Below, piece after piece: positions 1-7,127 of a stretch of DNA of 27,151 nucleotides. The stretch lies in the IMG/VR virus record IMGVR_UViG_3300020044_004536, positions 1-27,151 of that record; one strand, given 5' to 3'. The notes under the pieces were generated by a model. It saw nothing but the letters and a program-made list of their open reading frames with translations, made no database searches and was not told the origin of the DNA. This DNA comes from a virus. Lineage: Duplodnaviria > Caudoviricetes. How positions within the stretch are numbered: the stretch's first letter is position 1; each line of letters starts with the position of its first letter. The position numbers were made by a program, and so were the translations under genes.

Positions 1-233
1 TTTGCCTTGTTACTTCCAGTTGCGTATATTCGGCTTTCAGGTATTCCAAGGGCTTTAGCGGTGTTTAGCATTCCGTCTATACTTCTTCTTGCTGAAATAA
101 TATAAACCGTGTTTCCGTCGCTAATTTTACGCTTGGCTAACTCCTTGCCTTTCTCAGTACTCAACACGTCGTCATAATCAAACGAAATTTTAGACGCTGC
201 CATAAAGCGTAGGTATTCATCCATTATGCTCAT
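1..233 (-). CDS. HAD-superfamily hydrolase/phosphatase, truncated at window edge (not in ORF track)
   Basis: Manual translation MSIMDEYLRFMAASKISFDYDDVLST...VYIISARRS...; HAD motif I (FDYDD, DxD) and motif II (ISAR); ATG overlaps the upstream TGA. Confidence 0.7.
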   Translation of the reverse strand, partial: MSIMDEYLRFMAASKISFDYDDVLSTEKGKELAKRKISDGNTVYIISARRSIDGMLNTAKALGIPESRIYATGSNKA

Positions 234-397
234 TGATCCGTATTTTCGCCTGTTAAGGCAATTAAATAACACAAATAGCTAATCAAAGCCCATCCTGAAA
301 ACTGCATCGCGTGGGTTGAATCTTGGTAAATCAAACAAAGTGCTGACACGAACGTCAAACAAGCTACCAAAAAAGCGAATACGTGGCTGAATTTCAT
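230..397 (-). CDS. small membrane protein, 55 aa (not in ORF track)
   Basis: MKFSHVFAFLVACLTFVSALCLIY...WALISYLCYLIALTGENTDQ*; two hydrophobic segments; ATGA-coupled at both ends. Confidence 0.65.
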   Translation of the reverse strand: MKFSHVFAFLVACLTFVSALCLIYQDSTHAMQFSGWALISYLCYLIALTGENTDQ

Positions 398-678
398 TTT
401 CTTTTACGTTTAATTGGTGCAGATTTTCTCTTTAATAAAGGGTCATATTCCATATTTTGTTTCTGCTTTATACCTTCATAAACAATGGTTATTAGTTCTT
501 CGGTTGGTAGGTCCGTCTTTTCAACGACCTCATCGAAGTATTTACCCAAATTTAACCCCCACTTCTTAGCGGTCTCAATATCCTTTTCGGTCAACGCTTC
601 AATTTTCTTTGTCACTCGGACAGTCCCAAGCATATACTCCACGCTTACTCCCTTATATTGGTCTTTTATCTTTAACAT
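394..678 (-). CDS. hypothetical protein with basic C-terminus
   Basis: 94-aa ORF packed in operon, overlapping both neighbours. Confidence 0.65.
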   Translation of the reverse strand: MLKIKDQYKGVSVEYMLGTVRVTKKIEALTEKDIETAKKWGLNLGKYFDEVVEKTDLPTEELITIVYEGIKQKQNMEYDPLLKRKSAPIKRKRK

Positions 679-1156
679 ATTTTTTAAATTTCGTCTTTAT
701 GTCGTTAATGTAAATCAAAGCGCTTGACGGATCAATGTTAAAATGCTCTGCCAAGTCGCGTTTCGTCGTTTTCCCCTTGTTGAAATAGACTTCAAAGATT
801 ATTTGATCCATTCGGTTAAGAGTATTCACGAAATCGCTTACATCTATTTTAAGTACTAATTGTTCGCTTTGGTTATTCGTGTCGCTAATATCAAAATCGA
901 GGTCAACCGGGTTAATGCGTTCTTTTAGGTTCGTTTGTGAATTGGTTCTTATCAATTCAAGTAAGATAAACCCAAAGGCTAAACGTGGAATTTCGTCCTC
1001 GGTTATCGTGTCGGCTTTACCTACCACATACAAATAGCTAGAAGATACCAAACTTTCGGGTTCTATATTTTTCTTTAACTGCGTGATTCGTCTTTTCGCA
1101 GCCAAGACAAGCGTCCCGTAGTTCTCGGTATAGAATTTATCTATTTTGACCTTCAT
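653..1156 (-). CDS. sigma-70/ECF-like transcription factor (region-4 HTH)
   Basis: 167 aa; C-terminal LNRMDQIIFEVYFNKGKTTKRDLAEHFNIDPSSALIYINDIKTKFK resembles sigma region 4; N-terminal helical part resembles region 2. Confidence 0.6.
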   Translation of the reverse strand: MKVKIDKFYTENYGTLVLAAKRRITQLKKNIEPESLVSSSYLYVVGKADTITEDEIPRLAFGFILLELIRTNSQTNLKERINPVDLDFDISDTNNQSEQLVLKIDVSDFVNTLNRMDQIIFEVYFNKGKTTKRDLAEHFNIDPSSALIYINDIKTKFKKYVKDKRPI

Positions 1157-1340
1157 ACCAATCTAAAAAGTCCTTCGCGTATATCCTACGTTGAACTGAC
1201 GAACACATGCAGTAGGTGACTTGACGCTCCGAGTATTTATTGTAAACGTCTCTTACCCTTACAATGGTCACTTTATTAACCTTGCCAGAATTAAATTCGT
1301 CTTTCAGTTGCTCAAATAGGCTTACTTCCTGCGCATCCAT
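1137..1340 (-). CDS. hypothetical protein (CxC motif)
   Basis: 67-aa ORF in operon, YCMCSS. Confidence 0.6.
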   Translation of the reverse strand: MDAQEVSLFEQLKDEFNSGKVNKVTIVRVRDVYNKYSERQVTYCMCSSVQRRIYAKDFLDWYEGQNR

Positions 1341-1579
1341 CCCTCATGAAGTAGTTGAAGACCGAAAACAATGAACGAAGAAACAACCGCCTTTTCAAAA
1401 GACCAAGTAATAGCAAGTGCTGACCAAAACGTGCAACATTGCCAACACTCTAAAGAGCCGAAAATGTACTCAATAATTGGTCGCGGTTTGATGCGTGTAT
1501 AAATCCAATCGGCTACAAACTTGAAAGGCTCAAATTCTTGGATAAACCACCCTAAGGCTATTAAAAAAACATATTCCAT
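1322..1579 (-). CDS. DUF1360-like small membrane protein
   Basis: Hydrophobic segments flanking LECWQCCTFW (CxxC..W). Confidence 0.55.
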   Translation of the reverse strand: MEYVFLIALGWFIQEFEPFKFVADWIYTRIKPRPIIEYIFGSLECWQCCTFWSALAITWSFEKAVVSSFIVFGLQLLHEGWMRRK

Positions 1580-1581
1580 AA

Positions 1582-1749
1582 TTATTTATTTGGTTTAATT
1601 AAATTATTTGATAAATCTATTAAAATACCATCTACAAATATTTCACATTTATGACCATTTGCTTCAATAAATACCTTCCAAGTATTGGCTTCATACCAAG
1701 AATCACATACTATATGTACATCTTCGACATTTGTTTTCACTTCAATCAT
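1582..1749 (-). CDS. hypothetical protein, 55 aa (not in ORF track)
   Basis: MIEVKTNVEDVHIVCDSWYEANTWKVFIEANGHKCEIFVDG...KPNK*; fills the gap between neighbouring genes. Confidence 0.55.
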   Translation of the reverse strand: MIEVKTNVEDVHIVCDSWYEANTWKVFIEANGHKCEIFVDGILIDLSNNLIKPNK

Positions 1750-1870
1750 AAATTTTAACTATTTTATAACCGTGACCTTTTGTTAATGAGTTATAGTGTT
1801 TATTTGCACACCTTACGCATAATTTAATCTTTTTTTTGACGCTTTTAAATGTGACTTGTATCGTCTTCAT
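1742..1870 (-). CDS. hypothetical protein with CxxC (start probably MKTIQV at 1870)
   Basis: C-terminal part of track ORF 1742..1927; the later start reduces overlap with the upstream gene. Confidence 0.45.
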   Translation of the reverse strand: MKTIQVTFKSVKKKIKLCVRCANKHYNSLTKGHGYKIVKIYD

Positions 1871-2027
1871 CCGTCCGCATTTGCATTGCCAACAATCCTT
1901 CGACAAATTCGTATCCATTGCAATCAATAATTAATTTTGTATGTGGATGCCAATTTTTATTCATCCAATAAATTATAGGAATACATAATTCCCTTAACTC
2001 CATTCTTTCTTTTTCGTAATCTGTCAT
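1845..2027 (-). CDS. hypothetical protein
   Basis: 60-aa ORF starting 15 nt downstream of a TATATTTG promoter box. Confidence 0.6.
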   Translation of the reverse strand: MTDYEKERMELRELCIPIIYWMNKNWHPHTKLIIDCNGYEFVEGLLAMQMRTDEDDTSHI

Positions 2028-2042
2028 TGCCTAAATTTTAAT

Positions 2043-2050
2043 CAAATATA
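2043..2050 (-). promoter_or_regulatory. Bacteroidota housekeeping-sigma -7 box (TATATTTG)
   Basis: Matches TAnnTTTG; intergenic, just after a terminator. Confidence 0.7.
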
Positions 2051-2070
2051 CGATTATTTTTTAACCAACG

Positions 2071-2096
2071 AAAAAACCCCGCTTTAAACGGGGCTA
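2071..2096 (-). terminator. intrinsic terminator
   Basis: Minus strand AGCCCCGTTTAAAGCGGGGTTTTTT directly after the methyltransferase stop. Confidence 0.8.
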
Positions 2097-2100
2097 TTGA

Positions 2101-2574
2101 TTAAGATTTTATGAAGCAAACCCAGTGCGTCTGCATTTTTATTCCTGACTTGTGACCAAACAAAGGCTTTTCATCGGTTAGTTTAAGTATTTCTTTAATT
2201 GGAAATCTAACTTCATTCCATTTAAATATTAAGGTTCCATTAGGTTTTAATACTCTAAAACATTCTTCAAAACCTTTTCGTAACATTTCGCGCCATTCAC
2301 CTTCTAACTTTCCATATTTTTTAGTTATTTGACTATCGTTGTTTTGTTCGATGTGTGGAGGGTCAAATACTACAAGCCAAAAAGAATTGTCAGGCTGTTT
2401 AATGTGTGTAAAGTCGCCAATAATGTCAGGCTCAATGATGTTTGTTTTTGTTCCGCAAGGGTAAACGTCTATGTGTGTTTCAAAACGTCTGTCAAGATAT
2501 AACGCTCTTTCATCGTGTTTATCAAACCACATCCCTTTAGGTCCGCAACATACGTCTAATACTTTCTTTTCCAT
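2101..2574 (-). CDS. SAM-dependent amino (N6A/N4C-type) DNA methyltransferase
   Basis: VLDVCCG SAM-binding motif, VFDPPH catalytic motif, RVLKPNG. Confidence 0.8.
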   Translation of the reverse strand: MEKKVLDVCCGPKGMWFDKHDERALYLDRRFETHIDVYPCGTKTNIIEPDIIGDFTHIKQPDNSFWLVVFDPPHIEQNNDSQITKKYGKLEGEWREMLRKGFEECFRVLKPNGTLIFKWNEVRFPIKEILKLTDEKPLFGHKSGIKMQTHWVCFIKS

Positions 2575-2696
2575 TATTCTTCGGGGTTTAATCGCTCAAA
2601 TGCAGGTCCTTGTAGTAAATAACGGCAAATGTCTACTATCTTCCGTCTTTTGGTCCGATACTCTCGGTGCTGTTTATCAATCTTCTTTCGCTTCAT
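2574..2696 (-). CDS. small basic protein, 40 aa (not in ORF track)
   Basis: MKRKKIDKQHREYRTKRRKIVDICRYLLQGPAFERLNPEE*; TAATG-coupled to the methyltransferase. Confidence 0.5.
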   Translation of the reverse strand: MKRKKIDKQHREYRTKRRKIVDICRYLLQGPAFERLNPEE

Positions 2697-2895
2697 AACG
2701 TGAGTCTATTAGTGCGTGTGCGATTCGTTCTACCGTGGTGGTATTTAAGCCGCCTTCGTTGTTTAGTAGTTTCTTGACTTGGCTTGACTGAACCTTAGAC
2801 CGTCTGCAAAAAGACCGCATCGATTCATTCTCCAAGCGCGACCCAATAGCCTCCCGAAGAAAGCCATTGAGCGCGGTTAGTTCTGCTACCCTCAA
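2677..2895 (-). CDS. Cro/XRE-like HTH DNA-binding protein
   Basis: SMRSFCRRSKVQSSQVKKLLNNEGGLNTTTVERIA pattern; start is TTG. Confidence 0.5.
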   Translation of the reverse strand: MRVAELTALNGFLREAIGSRLENESMRSFCRRSKVQSSQVKKLLNNEGGLNTTTVERIAHALIDSRYEAKED

Positions 2896-3128
2896 AACGG
2901 AAGACCTGAAGAGTTAGCAATTTTCTCGCTTGTGTTCTGCGGGTCGGGCTTGAACGGCTCGGAAACTTTAAGTGACAAAAATTGTCCGTTGTCCGTCTTT
3001 TTAACCCATCCAGCCAATTCAAATTCTTGGTCGCCTACTTTGATTTTACCTTTGTAGTCAGGGTGATTGTCCGCCTTTTTGTTGTTAGGGAAAAGCGTTC
3101 CCGTGTTTGCTTTGTGTTCGTAACTCAT
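2892..3128 (-). CDS. putative single-stranded DNA-binding protein (DUF736-like), start MSYEHK
   Basis: GTLFPN..K..NHPDYKG...LAGW.K...FLSL motif; C-terminal LPF; ATG at 3128 coupled to upstream TGA. Confidence 0.6.
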   Translation of the reverse strand: MSYEHKANTGTLFPNNKKADNHPDYKGKIKVGDQEFELAGWVKKTDNGQFLSLKVSEPFKPDPQNTSEKIANSSGLPF

Positions 3129-3325
3129 AACTGTTTGTTTTTGATTTGCTCTTTTAATCTTTCTAAATATAGACATAAATCCATTGCCTCCTCTTGGGCG
3201 TGTTGAATCCAATCTAACGTCTCTAAATCGGTTCTTTCGAGGTTCGTTCCGTACTTTTCTAATCCTCGTTCGCTTCGGTCTGCTATTTGGTTTAGGACTT
3301 GGATAACTATTCTATCTGTTTTCAT
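3125..3325 (-). CDS. all-alpha NTP-pyrophosphatase-like (MazG-like) small protein
   Basis: RSERGLEKYG...WIQHAQEEAMDLCLYLE with EExxD motif. Confidence 0.5.
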   Translation of the reverse strand: MKTDRIVIQVLNQIADRSERGLEKYGTNLERTDLETLDWIQHAQEEAMDLCLYLERLKEQIKNKQL

Positions 3326-3328
3326 AAT

Positions 3329-3445
3329 TTATTTTTGAATTATATAAGCATTTAATTTTAAATACAAATTGTAATAATAATCTCTTTCTTTTATTGTTTT
3401 ATCTAATAAAATTTCAAGTTCTTTTATTTTCTCTTCTTGTGTCAT
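3329..3445 (-). CDS. hypothetical protein, 38 aa (not in ORF track)
   Basis: MTQEEKIKELEILLDKTIKERDYYYNLYLKLNAYIIQK*; ATGA-coupled. Confidence 0.5.
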   Translation of the reverse strand: MTQEEKIKELEILLDKTIKERDYYYNLYLKLNAYIIQK

Positions 3446-3642
3446 AGTTTATTGATTTCGCGTTTAACTTCTTCCCAGTAATTATTAGTATATCTACCAA
3501 CTAAAGATATTATTTCATCAACTGCAATTAAAGCGCATTTTTTAGCGTGATGGTGTTGCATTGTAGGTTGGTCTTCATCATCCCAAAAATCTACATCATA
3601 CATCAATGCTACTAAACTTTCTGCTTTCTGCTCTGCTGTCAT
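3442..3642 (-). CDS. hypothetical protein, paralog of 3779..4006 (start MTAEQK)
   Basis: Shared KxCALIAVDExI...YxxEVKxxIxxL; ATG at 3642 coupled to upstream TGA. Confidence 0.7.
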   Translation of the reverse strand: MTAEQKAESLVALMYDVDFWDDEDQPTMQHHHAKKCALIAVDEIISLVGRYTNNYWEEVKREINKL

Positions 3643-3782
3643 ACCTTCTCCACTTGAATGATTAACGGCTCCCACATATCCATCTTCTTAATAGCATCTT
3701 CTTTGCTGTTTGCCTGCAGTACACGGTACATTATTCTCCACTTACCGTCTGCCTTTGCTCTGTAGGTTACTTTCCAAGTCAT
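3639..3782 (-). CDS. hypothetical protein, 47 aa, paralog of 10143..10289 (not in ORF track)
   Basis: MTWKVTYRAKADGKWRIMYRVLQANSKEDAIKKMDMWEPLIIQVEKV*; ATGA-coupled at both ends. Confidence 0.7.
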   Translation of the reverse strand: MTWKVTYRAKADGKWRIMYRVLQANSKEDAIKKMDMWEPLIIQVEKV

Positions 3783-4006
3783 AATTGTTGTATGTGTTGT
3801 TTGACTTCGTTAAAATAATTTATAAAACCAACAATATTAGTCTCTCCTTGAATGTATAGATTTTCATCATCAAGAACATTGATTACCTCATCCACTGCAA
3901 TTAAAGCGCATTGTTTAGTGTGTTCATCGCTCATAATGTAAATAGGACCTACTGGGTTTAATGTAAATTTTTTAATCAATTCTTCTGCTTTTTCTTTTGG
4001 TGTCAT
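3779..4006 (-). CDS. hypothetical protein (MTPKEKA...CALIAVDE family)
   Basis: 75-aa ORF, paralog of 3442..3642. Confidence 0.7.
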   Translation of the reverse strand: MTPKEKAEELIKKFTLNPVGPIYIMSDEHTKQCALIAVDEVINVLDDENLYIQGETNIVGFINYFNEVKQHIQQL

Positions 4007-4683
4007 AGTTTGCTAATTAAATCATTGTAGTATTCTCTTGCGTGTAACAGCTTTTCTTTGACTTGTTCGATGTTAGCCTCATTCAACTCTATTTGAAACG
4101 CTCTAACACGCTTATTTTCGCTTATATGGCTAAATTCGTGTTTCGCTCGGACTTCATTTTCTGTTTCTTCGGTGACATCAATCTCAAACTTCTTCCAGGA
4201 AGTGCGTCTAATTTCGTCCTGTACGATATCTTCGGGGGTGTCAACAAGGCAATAAACTACACGTGCTTTCGTTCTTCCAGTGAGCCACATATAACCGACC
4301 AACTGCCAAAAATAATCCTTGTTCGGTAGTTCATCCTCGAACCAAGGGAAGGTAGTTCCGTCCCAAGAGCATTTGATGTCGATTATTTCGTCCTCAAGGA
4401 TTAAGTCAGGTGTTCCTTTGATAAATTCGTTTTCAAAGTATTCCGTGTTTTTGAGCGCAAAAGGCAAATTAAGTACTTGTGACGCCATTTCTATAGCAAG
4501 TTCTTCTTGTAATAACCCTTTATCAGTGTACCTACTTGAAAAGTCTTTCTTTATTCCATATTTGTCCTCAATTGCTTGTTCTTTAATACAAGTCTTTGCC
4601 GTTTGGGACAAGACCTCCCCTTTAGATTTTGGGGAAGTCATCAATTTTCCAAGTTTATGACACCTAGTTTTAAATTCTTTCAT
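4003..4683 (-). CDS. YqaJ/lambda-exonuclease-like recombination nuclease
   Basis: GTPDLI...DIKCSW (PD-DxK) and YFWQLVGYM motifs; adjacent to ERF. Confidence 0.85.
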   Translation of the reverse strand: MKEFKTRCHKLGKLMTSPKSKGEVLSQTAKTCIKEQAIEDKYGIKKDFSSRYTDKGLLQEELAIEMASQVLNLPFALKNTEYFENEFIKGTPDLILEDEIIDIKCSWDGTTFPWFEDELPNKDYFWQLVGYMWLTGRTKARVVYCLVDTPEDIVQDEIRRTSWKKFEIDVTEETENEVRAKHEFSHISENKRVRAFQIELNEANIEQVKEKLLHAREYYNDLISKL

Positions 4684-5231
4684 AATAACAATAAGGCTTT
4701 AGTTTGTAAGTCTGTTAATTGGTAACCGCTTAAGGCTTGTTTGAATTGGTCGGGTGTCATTTCGCCATTGGTGATTTTCGTGAGTCCATTTTCAAAGCGT
4801 TCTTGCGTGATGGTTGGCTTCGTGTTTTTGATTGTTGCGCTGATTTCGTTACCATCATCATCCACCGCCTGAAGGCTCATAAGCGATTGCAATGATGCTC
4901 TTCGGTAGTATGTAGTAGCACCAATTAATTTTTGTGGGTCAAGTACGTCAGGAAGGCGAAGAGACGAACTAACTGAATCTCCATTGTCAATATCAATAAT
5001 CATTGTGTTCACATAGCCGTCAATAATAGGTTGTAAAAGCAATAATCCGTGTTCAAGTAGGATAGGCTCAACCGTTTCCAGTAAAGAATTAATGTCAGCG
5101 TATGACTTCTTAAAATGGGGGTTGTTAGCGTTCTTCACTACCTTACCGATTTTTTGCTTTGCAGCGTGTAGTTTTGGGTAAAGACCCGATACTTTTACCA
5201 CTTCTTCAATGGTTTGTTCTGTTTTTTTCAT
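4680..5231 (-). CDS. erf: ERF-family single-strand annealing protein
   Basis: KNANNPHFKKSYADI, Q.LIGATTYYRRASL...DDDG signature. Confidence 0.9.
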   Translation of the reverse strand: MKKTEQTIEEVVKVSGLYPKLHAAKQKIGKVVKNANNPHFKKSYADINSLLETVEPILLEHGLLLLQPIIDGYVNTMIIDIDNGDSVSSSLRLPDVLDPQKLIGATTYYRRASLQSLMSLQAVDDDGNEISATIKNTKPTITQERFENGLTKITNGEMTPDQFKQALSGYQLTDLQTKALLLL

Positions 5232-5253
5232 GTTTTTTTCTTATTAGTTTCAG

Positions 5254-5261
5254 CAAATATA
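5254..5261 (-). promoter_or_regulatory. Bacteroidota -7 promoter box (TATATTTG) for the recombination operon
   Basis: TAnnTTTG in the ninG-erf intergenic gap. Confidence 0.7.
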
Positions 5262-5271
5262 CGCTTTATTT

Positions 5272-5793
5272 TTAATACACACTATCTTTTATCTTTTTTT
5301 TATACTTCGCGATCATTTCCTTGAGTTCTTCTTTGTCCCATTTCTTCGTATCGTGGGCAAAACTTTCAATTTCAGCGTATTTTTCCAAGCCTATTTTCTT
5401 TATTAAACCGTCTCGATAGGCAATCAGATTTCCGTGTTTATGTTGGTTGCAGGCCACACATTGAGCGTGTACGTTGTCCGGGTGAAACCTAACCGAAGAA
5501 TGACCGCCTGCACTCCAAAAGTGACCTGCATCGTATTTTGAGCCTAACTTCCCACCGCAGGAAATGCAACCTTTGTCTTGATCGCGTAACCTTACCCACT
5601 TGTTAAATACTTGCTGCGCCATTTTAAGATAGTCGGAAGTGGTTAGTAGGTCTTCCTTTTGTTTCTTGACCTTTTCCTTTTTGATTTTGGCGAGGTTCTT
5701 TAGTGCTTGTTCCGTCTTTTTACACACGTAGCAGTGCTTGTCTAAAGTCGAAAATGGTGTAAAGTTTTCGCCGCATTTTTTACATGACTTCAT
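5272..5793 (-). CDS. ninG: NinG/Rap-family HNH endonuclease (start probably MKSCKKC)
   Basis: AQQVFNKWVRLRD, CISCG, DAGHF, NVHAQCVACNQHKHGN. Confidence 0.85.
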   Translation of the reverse strand: MKSCKKCGENFTPFSTLDKHCYVCKKTEQALKNLAKIKKEKVKKQKEDLLTTSDYLKMAQQVFNKWVRLRDQDKGCISCGGKLGSKYDAGHFWSAGGHSSVRFHPDNVHAQCVACNQHKHGNLIAYRDGLIKKIGLEKYAEIESFAHDTKKWDKEELKEMIAKYKKKIKDSVY

Positions 5794-6857
5794 AACTTGC
5801 TTAACCATTGTTCGTAAATGTTAGATGCTATTTGGGCGGTCATAATTGGTGGAACGGACATACCTATTAAATAGTCAAATTTATTATTTAAAAAATTATA
5901 ATCAAGAGGATAAGTTCCAATTTGACATAGTTCGCTCTTATTCATGTATGTTTTATCTTCTTTAATAAGTTTTGCGCCACTTGTAATTGTATCAGCAACG
6001 GTATCGCTAAAAACTAACCTCCAATTAAAATTAGACCTTTTTCCTTCTATATCTTCATTATATTTTGCAAAATCTTTAATTCTATTTTCTATACAATAAT
6101 CAAAATTTTTATTTAGTCGTGCTTCTAATTGTTTATTATGTCCAAACAAATTTTTTATTTCATTAAATAAAATTTCAGGTTCATTAAAATACATTTCTAT
6201 TTTAGGTAATTCCGTAAACATATCCGACCAATGAATAAAAGGTTTTGCCAAATCTTTACGAAGACAAATAAAAAATACCCGTTCGCGTCTTTGAGGTACA
6301 CCCATTTTTGAGGCGTCAAGTAGGAAGTGTTGGCAATAATACCCAGCTTCATCAAACGCTTTGTAAATCTTAATAACATACTCTTTTGCTGCTCCTAAAA
6401 GCAATCCTTTTACATTCTCAGCTACAACTACTTTGGGCTGTAGTTCTTTTGCTAAATCAATGAAATCAAAAAATAGGGTATCTAAAACTTGTTCGGCTTG
6501 TCCTTCACGAAATACCTTTTCTTTACCCCAATCTTTTTCCCTATTACCTGCCATTGAAAAACTGCTGCAAGGCGGTGAACCATCTAAAATATCTAATTCG
6601 TAAAGTTCTTTAGGTAGGTCTTTTCGTTTAGCAAATGTTGTAATACTTTCTAAAAATGAGAATTTAGGATTATGATTTTCTTTGTATACTTCAATCATTT
6701 TTTTATCAATGTCGTTGTGTCCAATAACATCAAATCCTGCTAATTTGTAACCCATTGTTGATCCACCACCACAAGCAAAGCAACTAAATACTTTACCTTT
6801 GTCTTTGGTAAATACTGCGTCTTTTAATGTCCAATTGTAGTTAAATTTGTGTTTCAT
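5790..6857 (-). CDS. DNA (cytosine-5)-methyltransferase
   Basis: Motifs I FACGGG, IV GSPPCSSFS, VI ENVKG, VIII QRRERVF, X GMSVPP. Confidence 0.92.
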   Translation of the reverse strand: MKHKFNYNWTLKDAVFTKDKGKVFSCFACGGGSTMGYKLAGFDVIGHNDIDKKMIEVYKENHNPKFSFLESITTFAKRKDLPKELYELDILDGSPPCSSFSMAGNREKDWGKEKVFREGQAEQVLDTLFFDFIDLAKELQPKVVVAENVKGLLLGAAKEYVIKIYKAFDEAGYYCQHFLLDASKMGVPQRRERVFFICLRKDLAKPFIHWSDMFTELPKIEMYFNEPEILFNEIKNLFGHNKQLEARLNKNFDYCIENRIKDFAKYNEDIEGKRSNFNWRLVFSDTVADTITSGAKLIKEDKTYMNKSELCQIGTYPLDYNFLNNKFDYLIGMSVPPIMTAQIASNIYEQWLSKL

Positions 6858-7126
6858 AATAGTATCTTTAATTCGTTTACTTGCTTTTTCAATTCTAAAT
6901 TCTCGGTGTGTAGTTCATAAACCTTTTTGATTACTTGCTTGTGGTCTTCGCAAACTCGATAAAATGTGAGCATAGCTTCTTTCAGTTCGATTTGTCGTTC
7001 TTCCATTGGCTTAATTAGATCAACTCGGTGCGTGTGTTTCGCCTTTAGGTCGTCTATGCTCATTGTTAACGCTCGGTCAAGTGTCCGAAGGTTAATTTGT
7101 GCGGTTAAAATGTCAAGTTCTTTCAT
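6854..7126 (-). CDS. hypothetical coiled-coil protein
   Basis: 90-aa ORF between helicase and methyltransferase. Confidence 0.65.
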   Translation of the reverse strand: MKELDILTAQINLRTLDRALTMSIDDLKAKHTHRVDLIKPMEERQIELKEAMLTFYRVCEDHKQVIKKVYELHTENLELKKQVNELKILL

Positions 7127-7127
7127 A

